The notes beneath the pieces were generated by a model. That model searched no databases. It was not told the origin of the DNA and saw only the letters and a program-made list of their open reading frames with translations. The position numbers and the translations under genes are program-made. A stretch of 64,000 bases of DNA from positions 62,860 through 126,859 of the forward strand of contig CAWBSW010000040.1 of NCBI GenBank assembly GCA_963791535.1. The letters run 5' to 3'. The DNA comes from an uncultured Actinomycetota bacterium. Lineage in GTDB: Bacteria > Actinomycetota > Actinomycetes > Mycobacteriales > Mycobacteriaceae. Positions 41,814-49,615 of this stretch are shown piece by piece; position 1 is the stretch's first letter, and each line of letters starts with the position of its first letter.

Positions 41814-41985
41814 TACGAGCAGCGCAGGCTAGACCAAAACCACCTTCGTTCAGCGATGCGGTTCCCAAAACGCAACCGCGATCGACATGGAGGCAATCCG
41901 GCGCAGCCACATCGAGCGGCCGTAACGCGCCGCGAATGGCTCGCGCGGCGGCAGCACAGGCCGAGGGATTGAGACCCAGGCCGGC

Positions 41986-42310
41986 TTAGAAAGGCGGCGG
42001 TTGGTTGCGTTCGGCGATATGGGCGTTGTTCAGTGCACGTTCAGCATCGATGCGATGCGCGCGGTCCTGCTCTCGAGTTCGTCGGCGCACCGGCATCATG
42101 ACCCCCCGGTCGCCCGGCGGTCGATCCACCGTTGGGGCAGAAGGCAATTCGCGAGTCGGCAGGCATAAGCTGGGGAATAGCAGGCGACTGCCCGGGCGAG
42201 TGGTGTACCGCTGCCCGGTCGGCGCGGTCCAGATGACAGTGCCGTCGGGTAGCTGTTCATCGCGCCAGCCGTTTGTACCTCCCCAAAATGTTTTGAGCAG
42301 GTGGTGGCAC
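41986..42310 (-). pseudogene. DUF222/HNH (REP13E12-like) C-terminal fragment
   Basis: HHLLKTF...[23 protein letters not shown]...PPF; homology ends at the 28-bp repeat. Confidence 0.85.
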
Positions 42311-42332
42311 CGATTACGCGAATTACTATCTG
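42305..42332 (+). repeat. 28-bp cassette-boundary motif, copy 1
   Basis: TGGCACCGATTACGCGAATTACTATCTG. Confidence 0.85.
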
Positions 42333-42346
42333 ACAGTCTCGCCCGG

Positions 42347-42691
42347 TCAGTCAACCTGCGGCTCGGGCTGCTCACTCCCCAGCCGTTGCCATCGAGCGCC
42401 CCGCGCATCGGTGAAGGTGAAGAACACGTATTCAATTACTTGCTCATCACGCGGCACCCATCCGAGGTCGAGTTGCTGTGGCATCACCAGGCCCAAGCAC
42501 AGGTACGGTTCGCGGGTGCGCCACATGAGCGATGGTTGGCCTGGCAAGTTCCGGGAGGATGCACCATGCTCCTCGTCCTGCGGCACCACCTCGGCCACGG
42601 TCACCGCGTGCGGCGTGCGTCTGGTGCACTTCGCCCGGCACCGGCTGCTGCGATTGTCGTGGACTGGTGGCTTGACCAACGTCGATGGCAC
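42347..42691 (-). CDS. Hypothetical protein or remnant
   Basis: C-terminus [13 protein letters not shown] looks protein-like; N-terminus unclear; stop lies 14 bp from the motif. Confidence 0.35.
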   Translation of the reverse strand: MPSTLVKPPVHDNRSSRCRAKCTRRTPHAVTVAEVVPQDEEHGASSRNLPGQPSLMWRTREPYLCLGLVMPQQLDLGWVPRDEQVIEYVFFTFTDARGARWQRLGSEQPEPQVD

Positions 42692-42882
42692 CGGCAGCGG
42701 TGGCTCCGTCCAGAGTGTGTAGAAATTTTTGCCCTTTCGCGTCCACAGCCGCCACCTGAGGAGTACCTTAACGAAACCTGAGATGGCGTCACGGTGACGG
42801 GCGGCCCAGACCGTCCGGGTCCGAACGACACCTCTATTACTAATAGGGGATTTTGGCGGGGGCCTACAACGAGGTCGGACCC

Positions 42883-44892
42883 ATGGCTGGTCATCGGGAC
42901 AGGAAGCGCAATCGTCGGTCGCGCAGCGCGAAGGCCCGTCGTCGGGTAGTCGGTTTGAGTAGCGGTGTCGGTGCGTTTTTGGCGTTGGGCATGACGCAGT
43001 TGGCTGCTGCGCCGACGGTAAAGGCCGATGAGTTTGACGCGATTCTTGAGCCGATCATCAATTCCATCACGGGTTCGCTGGGTGATGTGGCTGCCGGTTC
43101 GGCGGCCGTTCCCGAGCTGGGCAGTCTGGGCTTGGGTGCCACCGAGTCGGTGGCGGCGGCCAGTCCGGTTGATGTCTGGTTGCATGGGCTAGAGCAGGAT
43201 TGGATTAACAGCGGCTTTGGTCAGCAGGTTGACGCCGCCATCAATAGTTGGTTCAACCTGGTCGATCCCACCACCGGTGCGTGTGGGTTGATCTGTGACG
43301 GCGCTGATGGTCAAGGTGGCGGGTTGATCTTCGGTGACGTGGGCGCTGATGCGCAGCCGATGAGCCAGAACTTGCTGGTCGACCCCGGCTTCGAAACGGC
43401 CGACCCGTCCGGGTCGGGATACAGCGGGGTGACCATTCCAGGCTGGACGGAGACCGGCACCCCGACCGTGATCCAATACGGCACCCAGGGCGGTTATCCG
43501 TTCGGATTCTCGTCTGCGTTCCCAAAGTTCTTCGACTTTCCACAGGACGCGCCCCCGGGCGGCGGCGACAATTTCGCCGGCGGCGGACCCGTGGCCACGT
43601 CCACCATCAGCCAAACCGTCGACCTCACCGGCGCAGCCGGAACGCCGTTCACGCTGAGTGCAGATCTCGGCGGCCAAGGCTGGGACCCGTCCGACGCCTC
43701 GGTGCAGGTCACCTTCCTCGACGCCCATGGGGACGTTCTGGGCACCGACTCGCTCAACCCGGTCACGGTATGGGATCGCCTGGGTTTCACCGCGTTTGAG
43801 CAACGCGACATCAGCGGGACGGTCCCGGAGGGCACCACCTCCGCGCAGGTGACCACGACCTTTACCGACAACGACACGTTCCTCGGCAACTACAATGGCG
43901 CCTACGCCGACAACGAGTCGTTCACCGTCGGCGATCCGAGCCTCACCGCGGCGCCGCTCACCCCACCGACGTCCGACGTCGGCCAACTGGATCACGTGTT
44001 CTTGATTTACATGGAGAACAAGGGCGTCGGCGACATCGTCGGCAGTCCCAACGCGCCGTACATCAACAGCCTGATCAACACAGAAGATTATGACAGCAAC
44101 TACTTCGCGCTGGGCCACCCCAGCGACCCCAACTACTTCCGGATCATGGGTGGGTCGGACTTCGGCATCGACTACAACCCCGCCTCCAACGCCATCGACG
44201 CACCCAGCCTCATGCAAGAAATGGATCAGGCGGGCATATCGTGGGCCGGCTACGCGCAAGGCATGCCCTTCCCGGGTGACCTCACGTCATCGGGCGACTA
44301 CGCCGTCGACCAATTACCCTTTGCCGAATTCAGCTACGTCTACGACAACACCCCCGCCTACCTGCAGGAACACCTGCTCCCGCTGACGGATTTGTCCACC
44401 AATCTCGAGGACCCGAGCACCTTCCCGGAGTTCACGTGGATCGCTGCCGACGAGGCCAACAACATGGAAGGCCCTATCGATACTCCTTCTGGCCTTGCCC
44501 AGTTCCTTGTCAGCCAGTTCACGAACCAGCAGTACAACGTCGCGGCCGGCGACCAGTTCGTCCAGCAAGAGGTGTCCACCATTGAAAACTCGCCAACGTG
44601 GACTGACCCGAACGAGAAGGACGCGATCATCATCACGTTCGACGAGGACAACAACAACCTGTCACTGGGCTTCGGCAACGAAGGCAACAACGTTCCGATG
44701 ATCGTCATCCCGAACCAGGACGCCGTGACGAATGGGGGGATGGAATCCGGCCCGTTCACCACCGACGCCTACTACAACGAGTACAGCCTGATGGCCACTA
44801 TTGAAGACACCTTGCGTGCTACGCCAGGAACTCTGGACCCGCTCACTGCCAACGACATGTACGCCCAACCCATGAATGCTTTCTGGAAATAA
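42883..44892 (+). CDS. Secreted acidic phosphoesterase-family protein with PGRS-type N-terminal module
   Basis: RRRVVGL signal, CGLICDGADG, NLLVDPGFE beta domain, DHVFLIYMENK, HPSDPNY, IITFDE. Confidence 0.85.
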   Translation: MAGHRDRKRNRRSRSAKARRRVVGLSSGVGAFLALGMTQLAAAPTVKADEFDAILEPIINSITGSLGDVAAGSAAVPELGSLGLGATESVAAASPVDVWLHGLEQDWINSGFGQQVDAAINSWFNLVDPTTGACGLICDGADGQGGGLIFGDVGADAQPMSQNLLVDPGFETADPSGSGYSGVTIPGWTETGTPTVIQYGTQGGYPFGFSSAFPKFFDFPQDAPPGGGDNFAGGGPVATSTISQTVDLTGAAGTPFTLSADLGGQGWDPSDASVQVTFLDAHGDVLGTDSLNPVTVWDRLGFTAFEQRDISGTVPEGTTSAQVTTTFTDNDTFLGNYNGAYADNESFTVGDPSLTAAPLTPPTSDVGQLDHVFLIYMENKGVGDIVGSPNAPYINSLINTEDYDSNYFALGHPSDPNYFRIMGGSDFGIDYNPASNAIDAPSLMQEMDQAGISWAGYAQGMPFPGDLTSSGDYAVDQLPFAEFSYVYDNTPAYLQEHLLPLTDLSTNLEDPSTFPEFTWIAADEANNMEGPIDTPSGLAQFLVSQFTNQQYNVAAGDQFVQQEVSTIENSPTWTDPNEKDAIIITFDEDNNNLSLGFGNEGNNVPMIVIPNQDAVTNGGMESGPFTTDAYYNEYSLMATIEDTLRATPGTLDPLTANDMYAQPMNAFWK

Positions 44893-44920
44893 TGGTGTCG
44901 ATTGGCTGAAATACATTCTT
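44893..44920 (+). repeat. 28-bp cassette-boundary motif, copy 2
   Basis: TGGTGTCGATTGGCTGAAATACATTCTT, immediately after the TAA stop. Confidence 0.75.
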
Positions 44921-45024
44921 GATCTTGGAGACACCGCTCGTCAGGCGGGTACGGCTGCTATGCCGATCACGACGTCGTTGCGGAGAGCGGGGTCCACGGT
45001 CAACCGTGTGCCCAACGCTCGCCC

Positions 45025-45696
45025 TTACCGCGATCGTCGTTCTCGGATCTGTTCGGCGAGACTCTGAAAATGCCTGTTAGCGTTCCTATTCTCCCGACGT
45101 ACCTCGTCGACGTACGGCTTCCAAAAGACCCAGTACTTGGTGACGAAATCTCCCCAAAAGTCATCCACGGTGCGGAACTGAATCTCTTCGTTACGGACCG
45201 ATATCGCTAGGTCCTCAAAAAAGTCCAGCAAAGTCATTAGCTCCGTGTACTCAGGTGAATTGGCGCTGCGAAACCCCAGCGCCTTGTCCCTAAGCGCCTC
45301 CGGGCCGCCGGCCTCCTCCCAGATCCGAACTTTCCGACGCACGGGCCGAAGGGCAGCCCATCTCCGCCAGAATTCGGATCTTGCCTGCGCGTCCTTAGCC
45401 AGCCGCGCTTCCCTCGTCTGGGCCAGCGCAAAGTAAACCTGGACCAGCGCGATGACCGCCGCCAGAGCGAGAACGGCTGTCGCAACGGCCGTCAATTTGT
45501 CCGCCCAGTTCGGCTCGTGGTCTCGCGGCCCGACGTGCTGGATTGCGGCGATGACTCCGAAGATGGCGGCAAGGCCCCAGCCCAGCGCCGCCAGAGTCGG
45601 CCACAAAATTCGCTGCCACCATCGAGTCACAGCCGCACTGTAACGAGTCACAGCCGCACTGTAACTTGAGCAGTGCGCAAGCCACCCCTGAAACAC
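45025..45696 (-). CDS. Two-TM membrane protein, DUF4760-like; start probably GTG 45651 or 45630
   Basis: TM helices then LLDFFEDLA...W...PYV...F..LA. Confidence 0.7.
   Translation of the reverse strand: MFQGWLAHCSSYSAAVTRYSAAVTRWWQRILWPTLAALGWGLAAIFGVIAAIQHVGPRDHEPNWADKLTAVATAVLALAAVIALVQVYFALAQTREARLAKDAQARSEFWRRWAALRPVRRKVRIWEEAGGPEALRDKALGFRSANSPEYTELMTLLDFFEDLAISVRNEEIQFRTVDDFWGDFVTKYWVFWKPYVDEVRRENRNANRHFQSLAEQIRERRSR
45624..45665. repeat. 21-bp perfect tandem duplication
   Basis: GAGTCACAGCCGCACTGTAAC x2. Confidence 0.95.
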
Positions 45697-45709
45697 ATTC
45701 GGTAGCCGA

Positions 45710-45737
45710 TGACACCGATTACGCGAAGAACACTCTA
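45710..45737 (+). repeat. 28-bp cassette-boundary motif, copy 3
   Basis: TGACACCGATTACGCGAAGAACACTCTA. Confidence 0.85.
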
Positions 45738-45763
45738 TGACTCACCTTGCTGCGGATTAACGC

Positions 45764-46204
45764 TTAGTGGGACGCGCGTCTCTCGGCCAGCCGCCCAAAG
45801 TGCGCCGTCGTCGCCTCAAAAGTCTTCCGCACTGTTCCCCCCAGTGCTCGTGCCGCGATCGAAGCCAACGGGCCGGTAAAGACGGTGCGCTGTGTAATCA
45901 ATGTGCCCGAGTCAGTGGGCTCGATGAGGTGATCGATGGTCTCGGTCAATCCGGGCACTCTCGCCGCTCCCGTCCACAACACCGGCGCTTCTACTCGGGT
46001 GACGGTCAATCTCAGCGGCGGATGGCCCTTTACCCGCATCGTGATCTTCGCCCCCACCGCGAATAGGCCGTCGATCTTGGCCATCACAATGACATCACCT
46101 GGCCACTCGGCGGGGTTCGTCCACACCGCCCACACATCCTCAGCGCTCGCCGAGGACTGGGACGACCCGCCGAACGGGCCCTTCGCCTCACCCATGTTGG
46201 TCAT
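45764..46204 (-). CDS. SRPBCC/polyketide-cyclase family protein
   Basis: ASAEDVWAVWTNPAEWP...G.F.VG...FTGPLA; GAGGGAAG SD. Confidence 0.82.
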   Translation of the reverse strand: MTNMGEAKGPFGGSSQSSASAEDVWAVWTNPAEWPGDVIVMAKIDGLFAVGAKITMRVKGHPPLRLTVTRVEAPVLWTGAARVPGLTETIDHLIEPTDSGTLITQRTVFTGPLASIAARALGGTVRKTFEATTAHFGRLAERRASH

Positions 46205-46251
46205 CTTCCCTCGCTTCGCACCGCCGCTGTGTAAAACGGGGAGACCGGAGC

Positions 46252-46279
46252 TGACACCGACTGGCTGAAGAACACTTCA
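46252..46279 (+). repeat. 28-bp cassette-boundary motif, copy 4
   Basis: TGACACCGACTGGCTGAAGAACACTTCA. Confidence 0.8.
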
Positions 46280-46353
46280 AGGGAACGCTTCTGAACAGCA
46301 CAAACGCTGCGGATGCGCACCGCTCGACCCGCTCCTCGGCTTACACTTCGGCA

Positions 46354-47661
46354 ATGTTCGCGGAGACGCGCTATGCGCTGAACGGGAACTTGCGCGTTGC
46401 CTATCGCGCGTCGCGTGAAGGTCCGTGCGACATCGTGTTCGTCCCGAACTGGTTCACATGCTGCGAGGTCGTTCCGGAGCTGCCGTCCCTTCAAGGATGG
46501 GTCCAGGCGATGACATCGCTAGGGCGGCTCATCTTCTTCGACCAGCCGGGCACGGGAGCGTCCGATCCTGTCACGCCGGGCGCGCTGCCGACGTTGGAGC
46601 AATGGGCCGACAGCATCACCGCGGTATTGGACGATCTCGGGAGTAGCGAAGCAGTCCTCGTCGCTGCCGACGGCGCGTTCGCGACGGGTGCGCTGTTCGC
46701 GGCGACACATCCGTCCCGCACCACCGCTCTGGTCGTACTTGAGGGCTACGCGGATGAGTCGGGCCTCGGCGATCTCGAGCAAGCCATCGCTGCGATAGCG
46801 GCGATCTGGGGCACGGGGAAGATGCAGCGTCTTTGGAATCCGGACATGCCGTGGAACGAGGAGATCCGGGCAGCGTGGGCTCGGATGGAACGCCTGGCGG
46901 CGAGCCCAGGGACAGTAGCTCTCGTGTGGCCGCTCGTGTCCGAATTGGACGTGCGGGCGGTGCTTCCGACAATCCGCGTGCCTACCCTCGTCGTCCAGCA
47001 CACTGACGACCCGATACTCGTGGCCGCGATGGGCAAGTACGTCGCTGACCACATACCGGGCGCGAAATACGTCGAGCTACCGGGCCGCAACATGTGGCAC
47101 TTCGTGGAACCATGGCGCGAGTCCTTCCAGGAGATCGCCGCGTTCCTCACCGGCCACCGAGCCGAAGTGGCCGACGATCGGGTTCTCGCCACGGTGCTGT
47201 TCACCGACATCGTGGACTCGACGGGTAGGGCCGCGGAGATGGGCGACCGGGACTGGCATGCGTTGCTTGATGCGCACGACGCTGTCGTCCGGTCGCAGCT
47301 CGCACGCTTTCGAGGTCGCGAGGTGAACACGTCGGGAGACGGCTTCCTCGCGATGTTCGACGGACCTCAGCGGGCGATCCGCTGCGCGGTGTCGATCCGC
47401 GACGCGGTGCAGGCGCTCGGCATCGAGGTGCGTGCCGGGTTGCACACCGGTGAGTGCGAGGTCCGCGGCGACGACATCGGCGGGATCGCTGTGCACATCG
47501 GGGCGCGGGTGAGCGCACTGGCAGGGCCGAACGACGTGCTGGTGTCCAGCACGCTGCGCGACCTCGTGATCGGGTCAGGGCTCGAGTTCGACGACCGCGG
47601 CGCACACCAACTCAAGGGCGTGCCCGGCGAGTGGCATCTCTTCGCCGTCGCCTCTGCGTAA
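46354..47661 (+). CDS. Alpha/beta-hydrolase-fold plus class III adenylate cyclase (LipJ-like), probably leaderless
   Basis: FTDIVDST, GDGF, RAGLHTGE, GIAVHIGAR; TACACT 6 nt before ATG. Confidence 0.92.
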   Translation: MFAETRYALNGNLRVAYRASREGPCDIVFVPNWFTCCEVVPELPSLQGWVQAMTSLGRLIFFDQPGTGASDPVTPGALPTLEQWADSITAVLDDLGSSEAVLVAADGAFATGALFAATHPSRTTALVVLEGYADESGLGDLEQAIAAIAAIWGTGKMQRLWNPDMPWNEEIRAAWARMERLAASPGTVALVWPLVSELDVRAVLPTIRVPTLVVQHTDDPILVAAMGKYVADHIPGAKYVELPGRNMWHFVEPWRESFQEIAAFLTGHRAEVADDRVLATVLFTDIVDSTGRAAEMGDRDWHALLDAHDAVVRSQLARFRGREVNTSGDGFLAMFDGPQRAIRCAVSIRDAVQALGIEVRAGLHTGECEVRGDDIGGIAVHIGARVSALAGPNDVLVSSTLRDLVIGSGLEFDDRGAHQLKGVPGEWHLFAVASA

Positions 47662-47718
47662 CAATGGATTTCGGCCAAACCCATGTCGCCCGCCGAAACG
47701 GCTTGTGCACCCGGTAAC

Positions 47719-47746
47719 TGGCACCGATTCCGCGAAATACTATCTC
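47719..47746 (+). repeat. 28-bp cassette-boundary motif, copy 5
   Basis: TGGCACCGATTCCGCGAAATACTATCTC (25 of the first 27 nt identical to copy 1). Confidence 0.85.
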
Positions 47747-47821
47747 AGCCCGGCACTGTCACCGCGGCGAGCATGATGGATAGCAGAGCATGGCAGGAGC
47801 CCACGCGAGAAGGGTACGACG

Positions 47822-47995
47822 ATGACGGTCATTCTCATGGCGCTGTGGGTCGTCGCGGCGATCTGGCTCTGGCGGCGCGCCTCGGCGGACGGGGCCGCAG
47901 GGTGGCTCCGCTGGCTCGCGCTGGCGGTCATCGCGCCAGTGGCGATGTATGCGCTGGCGTCGAAAATCACCAGGCACCGGCAGGCAAGAGGCTAG
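47822..47995 (+). CDS. Small two-helix membrane protein, 57 aa (MTVILMALWVVAAIWLWRR...)
   Basis: Hand-translated; GAAGGG SD; two hydrophobic segments and basic tail. Confidence 0.55.
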   Translation: MTVILMALWVVAAIWLWRRASADGAAGWLRWLALAVIAPVAMYALASKITRHRQARG

Positions 47996-49070
47996 CGCGG
48001 GGATACGCCCCCTCGACAATGTTCATTGCCATGTCGACCGCCGTCTGCGCTTGGGTGTCCGTCAACGCGTGGCCGCCATGAGTCGCAACGTTGCGTGGCT
48101 CGATTAGGTCGCGCCCCAACTGGTCTGACAGCAACCCTGGGCGCAGCCTCCTCAGTAACGCTGAGCGCCCCTCAAGCCCGGTGTACCTCTTCAAGAGTGC
48201 TTTTTTTACCGGTTCGTCGGTGTGGGCTGAGACGAGGTAGTTGTCGATCAGTGTCGTCATCGCAAGCTCTGCGGCTGTTCCAGCATCGATCACCGCCCGC
48301 CGGTTCTGACCTGCGTTCACAAGCGAACGCGCATCGCGAATGAACAGCCATTCTGCGGGAGGCGGATCTTGGTTGCCGGTGGCAGCTACGCACGCTTGCA
48401 GCTCCTGCAACTGCAACGTGCTCGTCGGAAACCCCTGCCTCGGCGGCGGGAAGTACGACCGGTATTGCATGCGGTCTCGCTGTCCACTCGCGTCAGAGGT
48501 CCAGGTCAGCAGCGGCCTGGATCTGGTTGCGCCCCCCGGATATCCGCCAAGCCCGACGAAGTCCTGTCCTGTCAGAACGCCCACCCACGACGTGAACCGC
48601 GCCCACCAATCGTCAAGCTCACGCAGGAAATCCTCGGAAGCAGCGTCGAACCCCGCCACGTCGGAAGCGGTGACGGTCGTGAAGAACCGGCAACGGACGA
48701 CCAGCGCGGTATCCCGCATGGACTCCGGGTACACCTTTTTGGCACCCACCCCGAACGTCGTCCCCCAGACAGGGCTGATCATTCTTTCCTCGACGCGCTC
48801 GCCCTCGCTTCGTGGGCCGTAAGCCCATACCGGCGGGACTAGAGACGGATCGGGCAGCGGAGGCAGACGCAGAGCCCGCCGCACCTCAGGAGGGGTCGAA
48901 TCCATCTCGAACTGCGGTAAACCGATAGTGAGGTCATAACTCGCCGTGCGCGACGTGAAGGCGCGACCTAAGCAATCTGTGCTCACGTATAAGCCTGAGC
49001 CGCCGACAACGAAATGACCCTCCAGCGGCCACCCCTCCGCCACGCGATCGGCTGAGGGCGCGTCGTCCAT
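47967..49070 (-). CDS. Hypothetical protein with possible C-terminal HEPN-like domain
   Basis: 367 aa; AVIDAGTAAE helix and RNVATH (Rx4H); GAGGA SD. Confidence 0.7.
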   Translation of the reverse strand: MDDAPSADRVAEGWPLEGHFVVGGSGLYVSTDCLGRAFTSRTASYDLTIGLPQFEMDSTPPEVRRALRLPPLPDPSLVPPVWAYGPRSEGERVEERMISPVWGTTFGVGAKKVYPESMRDTALVVRCRFFTTVTASDVAGFDAASEDFLRELDDWWARFTSWVGVLTGQDFVGLGGYPGGATRSRPLLTWTSDASGQRDRMQYRSYFPPPRQGFPTSTLQLQELQACVAATGNQDPPPAEWLFIRDARSLVNAGQNRRAVIDAGTAAELAMTTLIDNYLVSAHTDEPVKKALLKRYTGLEGRSALLRRLRPGLLSDQLGRDLIEPRNVATHGGHALTDTQAQTAVDMAMNIVEGAYPRASLLPAGAW

Positions 49071-49195
49071 CCGTCCATCCTCGCAGCGAGGGCGCGCCGA
49101 TGACCGCTACGGGTCGGGATATGCAGATCCACAGCTTCACGCTGGAATTGCCGCGGGAGACCAGGCCGCCACGGCGACCGGCTCGACGGTGCCGG

Positions 49196-49540
49196 TTACC
49201 ACGGCAGGTGCCGCATCCGGTGCCGCGCCAATTCGTTGCCGGGGTCTGCGGCCAGCTCGGCGATGCACATTGCCCGTTCCAGCTCGGCCAGCTCGTCGGC
49301 GTCCAGACCATAGGTACTGGTGGACTCCAGCTCGTCGGGCAGCTCGTCGGTGGCGGACGCCGCGGATGCGGCGGCCGCAGGCCGCCGCATCCGTTCACGC
49401 CGCAGCACGTGCTGCACGCTGCCTAAGCTGCAATCCATCATCTCGGCGATGTCCCGCTGCGGCACGTCCGCGCGATGCAGCCGCATAATCTCAGCATCCC
49501 GCTCACGCTGTGCTTCCGACGGCCAGCGTCGGCGGGCCAT
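49196..49540 (-). CDS. Small HTH DNA-binding protein
   Basis: IMRLH...QRDIAEMMDCSLGSVQHVL. Confidence 0.65.
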   Translation of the reverse strand: MARRRWPSEAQRERDAEIMRLHRADVPQRDIAEMMDCSLGSVQHVLRRERMRRPAAAASAASATDELPDELESTSTYGLDADELAELERAMCIAELAADPGNELARHRMRHLPW

Positions 49541-49615
49541 TGACTCAACCTTTTTGGCAGGGTCACGAATGGGCGACCTGTGGAGCAACACCCAACTGTG
49601 GTGCCTCTCTATTTG

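Noticed and set aside
42005-42781. 258-aa + strand ORF across the array's left boundary
   Set aside because: Antisense to the DUF222 fragment and runs through a junction; no recognisable motif.
42305-47746. 28-bp repeats as a CRISPR array or classical integron attC sites
   Set aside because: Spacing is 0.5-2.6 kb with whole genes between copies; no cas or intI gene; no RYYYAAC/GTTRRRY hairpin.
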